DNA of 64,000 bases, taken from the NCBI GenBank assembly GCA_964383765.1, contig CAYLHT010000003.1, positions 6,328-70,327 on the forward strand. The letters are read 5' to 3'. The notes under the pieces are model-generated. The model saw nothing but the letters and a program-made list of their open reading frames with translations, did no database searches and was not told the origin of the DNA. The position numbers and the translations under genes were made by a program. Source of the stretch: an uncultured Gammaproteobacteria bacterium. Lineage in GTDB: Bacteria; Patescibacteriota; Patescibacteriia; SBBC01; CAIJZX01. Below are positions 29,175 through 39,179 of the stretch, piece by piece (the stretch's first letter is position 1; every line of letters starts with the position of its first letter).

Positions 29175-29996
29175 TTAACGGTAGATGTTGGTTTGATCAA
29201 ATCGGCTGACCTGTGGAGTCAACTCAGCTGTGACTTGGCCACCAATCGCGTATGGCCAGGTGTCGGTGATGGTCCGGGTCGTCAGCGTGGCCCAGGCGTC
29301 TGCGGTGACTTGGTCAACCGCCACGATCGTCTCCCCTTGCTTGATGACGATGGGGATGATGACGTGACGATAATTGTAGACTGAGCGATTGGTCAGGTTG
29401 GCGCGCAGATTGATCGTCACAATCGATTGACCAGCTATCGTGACCGTGGTTGGTGTCAGATCGACCGATTCAACCACGAAATTCGCTGCCGGCAGAGCCG
29501 CGTTAGCACTTTTGACCCAGTTGACTCCATCCACTCTGATCGAGGGCTCGAGCTGGGCGCGGGGGGTGACTGCTACGTTCAACGCCATGACTGGGCGATC
29601 TTGCCGTGGATTGAGAAAAACGGTTTGGGTGGGGATCGCTTGGCTGCCAAGGGCAAAGTGGACCTGGGCAGACTCAGCTCCCCAATCCGCATTGGGGTTT
29701 GTAACGGTCGCTACGATGTCCACATGGGAATCATCCCGATCAACCACCGTCACCTTCGAAACACTCGGGTCGATCGGTCGCATCGTCACGCCGGCTGCAC
29801 TCTGGCTCGCCTCAAAGCTCAGCCGGGTATCGATGGATCGTGACTGGCTAAAAAAAATGACGGTAAAGGCCAAGCCCCAGACCACACTAATTAAAATGAA
29901 CGTCAGTAGGCTGACCGCCCACCAGGTGCGTAACGTCGCCCGGTGGCTCACGAGCCAGTAGCCGATACTCAATTGAAGATCTCCAGCCGGAGGCAT
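29175..29996 (-). CDS. Hypothetical membrane-anchored protein
   Basis: ORF with N-terminal TM helices. Confidence 0.3.
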   Translation of the reverse strand: MPPAGDLQLSIGYWLVSHRATLRTWWAVSLLTFILISVVWGLAFTVIFFSQSRSIDTRLSFEASQSAAGVTMRPIDPSVSKVTVVDRDDSHVDIVATVTNPNADWGAESAQVHFALGSQAIPTQTVFLNPRQDRPVMALNVAVTPRAQLEPSIRVDGVNWVKSANAALPAANFVVESVDLTPTTVTIAGQSIVTINLRANLTNRSVYNYRHVIIPIVIKQGETIVAVDQVTADAWATLTTRTITDTWPYAIGGQVTAELTPQVSRFDQTNIYR

Positions 29997-30070
29997 GGCG
30001 CGACTGTAGCATAATTCCTCCGGATTGTCACCTGGTCGCCGGGCTAAAAAATTTCTGCTATACTACTCCC

Positions 30071-30382
30071 ATGCTTTCCCGTGATGTCCTCTATTACACC
30101 TTAGCACTAGCGGCTGCGGTCGCCACGGCCTTTTGGGTGTGGTTGTTGTGGTACATCATTCAAATTTTCCGAACGACCAAGGGTTTGATCGAAGATTTCC
30201 GCGACCGACTGCATCGCATCGACCAAATTCTCCAAACCATTCAAGATAAGCTGAGTTCCACCCACGTCCAACTCTCGATGTTGGCCGAGGGCGTCAAAAC
30301 GTTAATCGGTTTCTTTGCCAACCGCTCCGCCAAACGGAGCCGCTCAAGCTCGCGAGCATCAGCCGCGTCAGACGATTTCTAA
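30071..30382 (+). CDS. Hypothetical small membrane protein
   Basis: ORF with a TM N-terminus and a coiled-coil-like tail. Confidence 0.3.
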   Translation: MLSRDVLYYTLALAAAVATAFWVWLLWYIIQIFRTTKGLIEDFRDRLHRIDQILQTIQDKLSSTHVQLSMLAEGVKTLIGFFANRSAKRSRSSSRASAASDDF

Positions 30383-30437
30383 ATCCTGACGAGGTGGTGA
30401 CGCTTCGGGTTCCCTTCAGCGGAACCTGGTCTCTCGT

Positions 30438-33400
30438 ATGAACACGAAATTCGTCCATCTCCACGTCCATAGCCACTACTCTCTCCTCGACGGTCTGCCA
30501 AAGATCGAGGCTTTAGTGTCGGCGGCCAAAGACCAAGGCGCCGAGGCTTTGGCGCTGACCGATCATGGGAGTTTATATGGCGCGATTGAGTTTTTCCAAG
30601 CTTGCCAGAAGGCCGGAATCAAACCCATCATCGGGGTGGAAGCCTACGTCGCCCCACTTGGTCACAAGAATAAACGGGCCAAAGTCGATGAACAAAATCA
30701 CCATGTGATCTTGCTGGCTCGGGACCTGACCGGTTACCGAAATTTGATCCGTTTAGTCACCATCGCTCACCTCGAAGGTTTTTATTACCGTCCCCGAATT
30801 GATCATGAACTCTTGCGCCAATTCGGTCAGGGCTTGATTGGCTTGAGTGGCTGTTTAGGTGGCGAGATTCCGACCGCCATTGTCAGCGGCCGACTGGATG
30901 ATGCCGAGCGTTTGATCCGCGAGTATCAAGACCTGCTTGGGCAGGACAATCTCTATCTTGAACTCCAACATCACCCGGCCTATCCCGAACAAGCTCAGGT
31001 CAACCAAGCGCTCAAGTCGCTGAGCAAAATCACTGGTGCCCCGTTGGTGGCCACGGCCGATAGTCACTACATCCATCCCGAAGATACCGAAGCCCAAGAT
31101 ATTCTGTTGTGCATTCAATTGAAGAAACAGTTGGCTGACACCGACCGCATGAGTATGGCCAAAGATGATTTGTCCATGAAATCACCGGATGAAATGGCAG
31201 CCCTGTTTGCAGACGTACCGGAAGCGATTAGCAATACTGTCAAGATTGCTGAGCGCTGCAACGTCGAGATCCCGCTCGGCCACGTTCAGCTCCCTCACTA
31301 TGACGTACCAGCAGGAAAAACGGCAGAAACGTACCTGCGTGAACTCGCTGAGGCTGGCATTGGGCGGCGGTATGGGAAATCGACGCCAACCATCGTAGAA
31401 CGCTTGGACTACGAACTCTCGGTGATCGCAAAAACCGGCTTCGCCTCGTACTTTCTGATCGTCCAAGACCTCGTCAACTGGGCTAAAGATCACGGCATCG
31501 TGGTCGGGCCCGGTCGCGGATCAGCCGCTGGTTCAATCGTGTCCTACCTCCTCAACATTACCAACGTCGATCCGCTGAAATACGAACTCATCTTCGAGCG
31601 CTTCTTGAATCCGGAACGGATCGCCATGCCTGATATTGATATTGACTTTGCTGACATTCGGCGGGACGAAGTGCTCCGGTACGTTGAAGGGAAATATGGT
31701 CACGACCACGTCGCCCAGATCATCACTTTCGGGACCATGGCTGCTCGCGCGGCCATTCGCGATGTCGGTCGGGTGCTCGGTCTCCCCTACAGTTACTGCG
31801 ACCGGGTGGCCAAGTTGATTCCGATGTTCCGGTCACTCGACCAAGCCATCGCGAGCGTTCCGGAATTGAAAGATATTTACGATAACGATCCTGAAGCCAA
31901 ACGACTACTCGACAGCGCCCGCAAGCTCGAAGGCGTGGCCCGGCACGCCTCACGTCATGCCTGCGGCGTGGTGATTACCAAGCAGCCGCTGACCGACCAC
32001 GTGCCGCTGCAGTATGCTGGGCCGGACGATCAAGCCATTATCAGTCAGTACTCGCTCCACCCGATTGAAGACTTGGGTCTGCTGAAAATGGATTTTCTGG
32101 GGTTGTCCAACCTGACGATTCTTGAAACCTGCATTCGGATCGTGAAACAAACCCGCGCGATCGATCTCAACGTGGACACGATTCCGTTCGACAACAAACC
32201 CACCTTCAAACTGCTCCAGCGGGGAGATACCACCGGTGTCTTCCAATTGGAATCCGGCGGTATGCGGCGCTATTTGCGGGATCTGAAACCGACCAGTTTG
32301 GAAGATATTATCGCCATGGTCGCTTTGTACCGACCCGGACCGATGGAACTGATTCCGCAGTTCATCGGCGGGAAACACGGAAAGATTAAACCCAAATACC
32401 TTGACTCTCGACTCGAACCGATCCTCGCCAAAACCTACGGTGTGGCAGTCTACCAAGAGCAAGTTCTGCAAATTGCCCGAGACATTGCGGGCTTTACCCT
32501 GGGCGAGGCCGACATTCTCCGTAAAGCCGTGGGGAAGAAAATCGCCAAGCTCCTCAAAGAGCAGCGCGAGAAGTTCATTACCAAAGCCAAAGAGAACGGA
32601 ACTCAAGCGTCAGTCGCTGAGAAAATTTTCGATTTTATTGAACCGTTTGCTGGTTATGGGTTCAACCGGTCACACGCTGCCTGCTACGCCGTGATCGCGT
32701 ACCACACCGCGTACTGTAAAGCCAACTATCCGGCCGAATTCATGGCGGCCCTGCTGACGTCCGATCAGCACAATACTGATCGCATTGCCCTGGAAATTGA
32801 CGACGCTCGGAAAATGGGGCTCCAAGTCTTACCGCCGGATGTCAACGAAAGTTTTGATTCGTTCACGGTCGTGAATGATGAGGCCGGCAAACCGAACCGG
32901 ATTCGGTTCGGTTTAGGAGCAATTAAAAACGTCGGCGATAATTTAGTTCGGGCGATTATTGTCGAGCGGAAGGCCAATGGTCATTTCGCAAATTTAGATG
33001 ATTTCCTGCGTCGCATTCAGCAGAAAGATTTGAACAAGAAATCACTGGAAAGTTTGGCCCGGGCCGGAGCACTGGATGCCATGGGTGAACGTCAATCAAT
33101 TGTCGACAACGCGAATGAACTGTTACGCTACTCACGCACCGCCGAAGTTGAAGCGGACACCGGTCAGGCGAATTTGTTCGGCGTGTTGCCGACCAAGCAC
33201 GCCCCAGTCTTGCGGATGAAAGAGGTCCCTCCAGCCACGCCGTCTCAGCGCGGGCAATGGGAACGCGAACTGCTTGGCCTGTACATCACGGAACACCCCT
33301 TAACACCACATCGCGAATTCCTAGGAAAGGTCGCACAGCCAATCGCTACCATCCGTGAGCAGCGCCTGCGCCGATCGACAGTGGGCGGACTGATCACCAA

Positions 33401-33854
33401 GGTCAAACGGATCACCACCCGCACCAATGAAGCCATGGCCTTCGTGCAGCTTGAAGATTTAACCGGTTCAATCGAAGTGGTCATTTTCCCTTCGATTTTC
33501 CGGCAGACCATCACGCTCTGGCAGGAAGATCAACTGGTGATGATCGAGGCCCAGAGTTCGACCAAAGATGGTGAATTTAAGTTGTTAGCTGACAAAGCCC
33601 GCGAACTCAGGCCACCTGAAGCCGCCGCTGGTCCAGCCAAAGTCCAAATCCAGCTCAGTCTGGAAACGGCCACACCCGCGGTCTTCGACGAACTCAAAAC
33701 CTTGCTCCGCGCCTCGCCCGGCGAGCGCTTGGTGGAACTCTTGGTACACAAAGGTCAGCAGCAACGAGTAGTCCCAACTGAGCTCTCAATCTCGCTGACA
33801 CCCGAGTTACGCGAGGCCCTACAGCGACTTCTCGGCAACTGTTTGGTAGAATAG
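30438..33854 (+). CDS. dnaE: DNA polymerase III alpha subunit
   Basis: PHP domain (HLHVHSHYSLLDG), a polymerase core (GLLKMDFLGL...) and 1138 aa. Confidence 0.9.
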   Translation: MNTKFVHLHVHSHYSLLDGLPKIEALVSAAKDQGAEALALTDHGSLYGAIEFFQACQKAGIKPIIGVEAYVAPLGHKNKRAKVDEQNHHVILLARDLTGYRNLIRLVTIAHLEGFYYRPRIDHELLRQFGQGLIGLSGCLGGEIPTAIVSGRLDDAERLIREYQDLLGQDNLYLELQHHPAYPEQAQVNQALKSLSKITGAPLVATADSHYIHPEDTEAQDILLCIQLKKQLADTDRMSMAKDDLSMKSPDEMAALFADVPEAISNTVKIAERCNVEIPLGHVQLPHYDVPAGKTAETYLRELAEAGIGRRYGKSTPTIVERLDYELSVIAKTGFASYFLIVQDLVNWAKDHGIVVGPGRGSAAGSIVSYLLNITNVDPLKYELIFERFLNPERIAMPDIDIDFADIRRDEVLRYVEGKYGHDHVAQIITFGTMAARAAIRDVGRVLGLPYSYCDRVAKLIPMFRSLDQAIASVPELKDIYDNDPEAKRLLDSARKLEGVARHASRHACGVVITKQPLTDHVPLQYAGPDDQAIISQYSLHPIEDLGLLKMDFLGLSNLTILETCIRIVKQTRAIDLNVDTIPFDNKPTFKLLQRGDTTGVFQLESGGMRRYLRDLKPTSLEDIIAMVALYRPGPMELIPQFIGGKHGKIKPKYLDSRLEPILAKTYGVAVYQEQVLQIARDIAGFTLGEADILRKAVGKKIAKLLKEQREKFITKAKENGTQASVAEKIFDFIEPFAGYGFNRSHAACYAVIAYHTAYCKANYPAEFMAALLTSDQHNTDRIALEIDDARKMGLQVLPPDVNESFDSFTVVNDEAGKPNRIRFGLGAIKNVGDNLVRAIIVERKANGHFANLDDFLRRIQQKDLNKKSLESLARAGALDAMGERQSIVDNANELLRYSRTAEVEADTGQANLFGVLPTKHAPVLRMKEVPPATPSQRGQWERELLGLYITEHPLTPHREFLGKVAQPIATIREQRLRRSTVGGLITKVKRITTRTNEAMAFVQLEDLTGSIEVVIFPSIFRQTITLWQEDQLVMIEAQSSTKDGEFKLLADKARELRPPEAAAGPAKVQIQLSLETATPAVFDELKTLLRASPGERLVELLVHKGQQQRVVPTELSISLTPELREALQRLLGNCLVE

Positions 33855-33858
33855 CCAT

Positions 33859-34962
33859 ATGTCTTCGCTGACCGCCGCCCATGTTAAACACAGCTACCGC
33901 CTGATCGTGAGTTTATTTCTTGGCGGGGTGCTGCTCGTAGCCGGTGTCACCTTTGCCTTCGGGTCATCCAGTGCCACCCTGACCATCACACCTAAACTCC
34001 AGCCCGTCAACACAAGTTTCAGTCTGGTGGTCGGAACGAACGTCGACGCGACGGCGGGCATCATCGGCCAAGTCAAAACGTCGAGTCTGTCGGCCAGCGT
34101 TACCGCCCAGGCTTCGACCACGGGCACGCCCGTGCCGGCTCACGCCCACGGCTCAATCGTGATCCATAATGAAAGCGGCGGTAACCAGACCCTGTCCGCC
34201 ACCACGCGCTTACAAAGTGCCAGCGGCGTTATTGTTCGGACTGCCAATCGGGTCGATGTCCCGGCTGGCGGAACCGTTACCGTCAATGTCACGGCTGACC
34301 CAACTGGTGAGACCGGCAACCTCGAAGCCGGACGATTAACCATCGTGGCTCTCCGACCGGCCAACCAGGCCTTGATTTACGGCATGGTCGTGACTCCACT
34401 GACCGGCGGGACAGTCGACCAGTCTGGAACCTTGGCCCTCGATGATCTAACCAAGGCCAGCGACCAAGCCCAACAAAAAATTCGACAACAGGTAGGCACC
34501 GACCAGCCCGGGCACCTGCGCTTGCTCGTGCCCGAATCGGTGGCGACTGATCCTGAGCCAACGACGCCGAGCGCCGAGTACACCGTGACGGTGACTATGC
34601 AGGTGATCGATGTGACCTTCAAGGCCGAGGATATGACCACTCGCATTCAATCCGCCTTAGCCGCCACCCTGGCATCGGACCAAACGCTCGTCAAGACCGA
34701 TCCCCCCGCCATCGGCGCCGGAGATCAACCAACCGCCGACAGCATCACCCTCTCGGTCACCGCTCAGGCGCTCGCCAGGATTACAACCAAAAGTGACATC
34801 GTTCAGCCGACACACTTTGTCGGACAGTCTCGCGCGACGATTCTCCATACGTTGACCGGCAGCTCAGCCATCAAATCAGCGACTGTCTCGTTCTCACCGT
34901 TCTGGCGACAGTCCGCGCCCAGTCAAGCCAAGAATATTCATATCGTTATTCTGGGCCAGTAA
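33859..34962 (+). CDS. Hypothetical secreted protein
   Basis: Signal/TM N-terminus, then a Thr/Ala-rich beta-type sequence; 4 nt after dnaE. Confidence 0.3.
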   Translation: MSSLTAAHVKHSYRLIVSLFLGGVLLVAGVTFAFGSSSATLTITPKLQPVNTSFSLVVGTNVDATAGIIGQVKTSSLSASVTAQASTTGTPVPAHAHGSIVIHNESGGNQTLSATTRLQSASGVIVRTANRVDVPAGGTVTVNVTADPTGETGNLEAGRLTIVALRPANQALIYGMVVTPLTGGTVDQSGTLALDDLTKASDQAQQKIRQQVGTDQPGHLRLLVPESVATDPEPTTPSAEYTVTVTMQVIDVTFKAEDMTTRIQSALAATLASDQTLVKTDPPAIGAGDQPTADSITLSVTAQALARITTKSDIVQPTHFVGQSRATILHTLTGSSAIKSATVSFSPFWRQSAPSQAKNIHIVILGQ

Positions 34963-35164
34963 AAAAGCCGGTCGTGTGATCGACCGGTTACGGCAACCGC
35001 CGATAGAGCGCAGCGATCGGCGTGGTGATCAGCTGATAGAGCCCGTTGGCATAGGGCCACGTCGGAAAGGCCTGTCGGCACTCGCCGATCATGATCAGCA
35101 CGCCTGCCCCCCAGATCATCGCCGGAACGAACCACCAGTTCAGGTGCATGCCTCCCTCCGAAGT

Positions 35165-35569
35165 TCAGGTTCTGGTCGATACATACCGTAGGCGAGGACG
35201 GAGTGTGATTGAAACCTGGCCGTAATACACTCCGTCGGTCGGAACTTTCGGAACATCCATCTGTAAGCTTGGTTCAAGCTCAAGGTCGTCAGGAACGTAG
35301 TTCAGCTGCTCTTTCAGCTCGGCAGCTAACTGAGCTTGGACCACTTCTCGGTCCGTCCCTGAGTGGCGAATGGTGTACGGCCGGCCCTCAGACGCAGCTT
35401 GCCGCATCTGCGCTTGAATCAAAGATGACATGCGAGTTAGTCGGGTGGCAAACCATACTGAAATCGCGGAGAACAGAACGAAGACAATGATAATGCCAAT
35501 CAAGGTGGCCATCGATATCCTCCTGTGAAGGGGCTTCCGAAAACTGTCTGGCTGCGCTATCCTTAGCAT
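35165..35569 (-). CDS. Hypothetical membrane protein
   Basis: ORF with one TM. Confidence 0.3.
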   Translation of the reverse strand: MLRIAQPDSFRKPLHRRISMATLIGIIIVFVLFSAISVWFATRLTRMSSLIQAQMRQAASEGRPYTIRHSGTDREVVQAQLAAELKEQLNYVPDDLELEPSLQMDVPKVPTDGVYYGQVSITLRPRLRYVSTRT

Positions 35570-35587
35570 AGCTTTGAATTTCCGTCA

Positions 35588-37318
35588 ATGTCCTCCCCAA
35601 CCCTCGATCATATCCGCCACACCCTGGCTCACCTCCTGGCCCACGCGGTTCAAGATACGTTCCCGCAGGCTAAATTTGCGATTGGTCCGACGATTGAACA
35701 CGGGTTTTATTATGATCTTGATCTCGACAAGTCATTGACACCAGAAGACTTGAAGCCGCTCGAGAAACGGATCAAGCACCTGATCAAACAGCGTCTGCCG
35801 ATGACGAAAGTTTCAGATTCAGAACCTGGCGTTGTAGCGTTTGTGAAAACCCAGCCATTCAAACAAGAATTATTAGCGGAAATTAAAGCCAAGCACGAAC
35901 CGGCCACTTTTTACCAAGTCGGGAAATTCATTGATCTGTGTCGCGGTGGTCACGTCGAGAACACTGGGCAAATTAATCCCGATGCCTTTGCCCTTACCCA
36001 CGTGGCCGGCGCCTATTGGCGTGGGGACAGCACCAAGCCGATGCTCCAACGGATTTACGGTGTGGCCTTCAACACCAAGGCTGAATTGGATGAGTACCGC
36101 GCACAATTAGCCGAGGCCGCGAAGCGAGATCATCGTAAACTAGGACAGGAATTGGAGTTATTCACCTTTGAACCGGTTGCTCCGGGTGCGCCATTCTGGC
36201 TGCCAAACGGCATGATCGTCGTCCGACAACTCGAAGCCTACTGGCGGCAGGTTCATGACGCGGCCGGATATCAAGAAACGTCCACCCCGATTTTGAACAG
36301 TTCCGAGTTGTATAAAACTTCGGGACATTGGGAACATTTCCGGCAGGATATGTTCACGTTGAAAGTTGATGAACAGGATTTCGCTCTCAAGCCGATGAAT
36401 TGTCCGTCGTCGACGAGGATTTTCGCTTTTCGCACGCGCAGTTATCGTGAGCTACCGCTCCGTTTGTCTGAAATCGGTCGACTTCACCGACATGAATTGC
36501 GCGGAGTGTTGAATGGCCTGCTCCGGGTTCGTCAAATTACAATGGACGACGCGCACATCTATTGTCGGCCCGACCAAATTGAAGCCGAAATTAAGGGCGT
36601 GATGAAACTCGTCAAGAATTTCTACAAACTCTTTGGCTTGCAACCGACCTTCAAACTCTCGACCATGCCGGATCATCACTTAGGTGATGAAGCCACCTGG
36701 CGCAAAGCCGAAGCCAGTTTGGAAAAAGTCTTGAAGCAGGAAAAAGTGAAGTATGAATTGAAGCCAAAAGACGGCGCTTTTTACGGACCGAAAATAGATA
36801 TTCATATTGACGACGCCTTGAAGCGCACCTGGCAAGTCGCAACAATTCAGCTCGATTTCCAAATGCCGGAACGTTTCAAGCTTGAATATACCGACGCCGA
36901 TGGTTCAGCCAAAAGACCGGTCATGGTTCACCGCGCTATCTTCGGATCGTTTGAACGCTTCCTTGGCATTCTGCTCGAACACACCGCCGGTAATTTGCCG
37001 CTGTGGCTTTCCCCAGTTCAAGTCCAGATCGTCCCGGTCACATCCAAGCACATCACCATCGGAAAAAAGTTATTGAAGCAATTATCCGACGCCGGCATCC
37101 GCACCCACCTGGACGAATCCAACGAAACCGTCGGTTACAAAATCCGCAAAGCTGAACATCAAAAAGTACCGTATATGGTGGTCGTCGGCGATAAAGAAAA
37201 ATCGCTGACCAAACTTGCGGTCCGGGTGCGTGGAAAAAAACAGGTGAAAACGGTGACGCTCAAAACCTGGGTTCCGCAACTTCAAAAAGCCATAGCGAAT
37301 CGGACGCTGGTACTCTAA
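35588..37318 (+). CDS. thrS: Threonyl-tRNA synthetase lacking the N1 (TGS) domain
   Basis: HxxxH editing-domain motif, class II motifs (...FRHELRGVLNGLLRVRQITMDDAHIY) and an anticodon-binding domain; 576 aa. Confidence 0.85.
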   Translation: MSSPTLDHIRHTLAHLLAHAVQDTFPQAKFAIGPTIEHGFYYDLDLDKSLTPEDLKPLEKRIKHLIKQRLPMTKVSDSEPGVVAFVKTQPFKQELLAEIKAKHEPATFYQVGKFIDLCRGGHVENTGQINPDAFALTHVAGAYWRGDSTKPMLQRIYGVAFNTKAELDEYRAQLAEAAKRDHRKLGQELELFTFEPVAPGAPFWLPNGMIVVRQLEAYWRQVHDAAGYQETSTPILNSSELYKTSGHWEHFRQDMFTLKVDEQDFALKPMNCPSSTRIFAFRTRSYRELPLRLSEIGRLHRHELRGVLNGLLRVRQITMDDAHIYCRPDQIEAEIKGVMKLVKNFYKLFGLQPTFKLSTMPDHHLGDEATWRKAEASLEKVLKQEKVKYELKPKDGAFYGPKIDIHIDDALKRTWQVATIQLDFQMPERFKLEYTDADGSAKRPVMVHRAIFGSFERFLGILLEHTAGNLPLWLSPVQVQIVPVTSKHITIGKKLLKQLSDAGIRTHLDESNETVGYKIRKAEHQKVPYMVVVGDKEKSLTKLAVRVRGKKQVKTVTLKTWVPQLQKAIANRTLVL

Positions 37319-37349
37319 CCTCTCTGCATCGCCCCCAGGCATAGGGAAT

Positions 37350-37376
37350 AAAAAAGCCGCTAGTTGGACTAGCGGC
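37350..37376 (-). terminator. Rho-independent terminator for the minus-strand HAD gene (hairpin GCCGCTAGT-CCA-ACTAGCGGC + T6 on the minus strand), overlapping its stop codon
   Basis: Inverted repeat plus an A-run on the plus strand. Confidence 0.55.
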
Positions 37377-38085
37377 CCTCGGCTGCGATGGTCCGAAGTA
37401 AGTCCGGCAACTCACGTAGGTCGTGAATGACACGGACTCGCGTGTCTAAACCGTTATCGGATTGCGTCCAGAGCGAGGTATTGTGAATCCAGACAGGTAC
37501 GATACCGAGCGCCAATGCCGGTTCCATGTCGGTGACGTAGTTATCACCGACCATCACGGTGATCACTGATGGATCGGCTAGCTCTTTCATCACGAGCCCT
37601 TTATCAAGCTCAGTGATGTGAACCGAGTCAAACAGCGGTTCAAGAGCATTCGGTTTGACTTTGCGTTCCATTTGGAAGTCGTGGTCGCCAAGCGTCAGGA
37701 GGTGAATCGATTCAGCCAAAGTCCGGACTTCATGTAGAACGGAGTAAACGTCGGGAATGGCCGGGTAAGTCGCCCGCTTGACGTAGGCTGCTTCGTAGAA
37801 GATGTTGGCGGCCACCGCCGAGCTGTACGGAATGCCAGATTGCATCGCCAACTGGCGGTAGGTTTCAATCCACGCATCTTCAAATTGCGTGAAGCGGTAC
37901 CCGCGCTCTTTCATCGCACCTCGCTCGATCTTTTTCTGAAGCTGAAGATACTCGTGGGGTGGTGGCGCATTCACGCCCAGCACCCGGGCAATCAAATGAC
38001 CGCACGCCCAGTCAGCCAGGTAATAGTTATGACGACAGTACCAACAGGTGTCGTCACCATCTTTGACTACGCGAATCTTTTTCAC
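37369..38085 (-). CDS. HAD-superfamily hydrolase
   Basis: C-terminal MVGDNYVTDMEPALALG (HAD motif III/IV-like). Confidence 0.45.
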   Translation of the reverse strand: MKKIRVVKDGDDTCWYCRHNYYLADWACGHLIARVLGVNAPPPHEYLQLQKKIERGAMKERGYRFTQFEDAWIETYRQLAMQSGIPYSSAVAANIFYEAAYVKRATYPAIPDVYSVLHEVRTLAESIHLLTLGDHDFQMERKVKPNALEPLFDSVHITELDKGLVMKELADPSVITVMVGDNYVTDMEPALALGIVPVWIHNTSLWTQSDNGLDTRVRVIHDLRELPDLLRTIAAEGR

Positions 38086-38182
38086 GACACCTCCGAGAAA
38101 TAGAAGTCAAGGTGCATCCGGTGAACTGAGCCAGCTAACCGTATTATCCTCTGCTTGTCAAGGCGGATGATATACTATCCTA

Positions 38183-39088
38183 ATGCATACGGTGATCATC
38201 ATCCTCGGCCCAACCGCCTCGGGAAAATCGAAACTCGGTGTTCAGCTCGCCAAGAAATTTCACGGTGTGGTGATTTCAGCCGATTCACGACAGGTGTACC
38301 AGGGCTTGAACATCGGGACTGCTAAAATCACGAGAAAAGAAATGAAAGGTGTCCCCCACTTTTTGTTGGATGTCGCCTCACCGAAACGGCAATATACCGT
38401 GTCACACTACATTCGTGATGTTCAGCGGGTGCTGAAAAAAATTCCTGAATCAACGCCGGTGTTCCTCGTCGGTGGTTCACCGTTTTACATTGACGCGGTT
38501 ACCAAACCTCATTCATTCTCACCTGTCCCACCGAACCCCAAACTAAGACAGCGACTTGAGAAAAAATCCATTGCCCAATTGAGAATCATTCTCAAGAAGC
38601 TTGATCGAGCCCGGGCTCGAAACATTGATTGGAATAATAAACGTCGTGTTATTCGCGCTATTGAGGTTGCCTCCACCTCCCCTCTCCCCTCCTTACCGAA
38701 GGAGGGGCGGCCCCCACACCAAAATTTTGGTGTGGGGGCCGGGGTGGTCCTAAAAATCGGCCTTTCCGTCTCCCGCGCAGAACTCTTCCGGCGGATTGAC
38801 CATCAAATTGATCAACGTCTGCGCCACGGGATGATCAGTGAGGTCCAGCGGCTTCACCGCAAAGGAGTTTCTTGGCGGAGGTTGTCAGCATTCGGTCTTG
38901 AATACCGCGAAATCGTGAAGATGCTCAATGGCCAAGCCTCACGAAAAAATCTGTCGACCCGCATGAAATCAGTTACGCACGATTTTGTCCGCCGCCAAAT
39001 GACCTGGTGGAAACGCGATCAGGATATTCACTGGGTGACTACGCCAAAACAAGCAGAAGTGTTCGTCAGTCGCTGGCTACAATCATAG
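38183..39088 (+). CDS. miaA: tRNA dimethylallyltransferase carrying an in-frame ~80-nt palindromic insertion
   Basis: P-loop ILGPTASGKSKL and DSRQVYQGLNIGTAKIT. The insert at 38671-38760 encodes ASTSPLPSLPKEGRPPHQNFGVGAGV. Confidence 0.85.
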   Translation: MHTVIIILGPTASGKSKLGVQLAKKFHGVVISADSRQVYQGLNIGTAKITRKEMKGVPHFLLDVASPKRQYTVSHYIRDVQRVLKKIPESTPVFLVGGSPFYIDAVTKPHSFSPVPPNPKLRQRLEKKSIAQLRIILKKLDRARARNIDWNNKRRVIRAIEVASTSPLPSLPKEGRPPHQNFGVGAGVVLKIGLSVSRAELFRRIDHQIDQRLRHGMISEVQRLHRKGVSWRRLSAFGLEYREIVKMLNGQASRKNLSTRMKSVTHDFVRRQMTWWKRDQDIHWVTTPKQAEVFVSRWLQS

Positions 39089-39179
39089 TTGTCATTTCGA
39101 ACCCGCCGCGGGTGAGAAATCTGCTTCACTACTTGACCAATGTAGATTTCTCCTCGCTGACTCGTCGAAATGACAGTAG

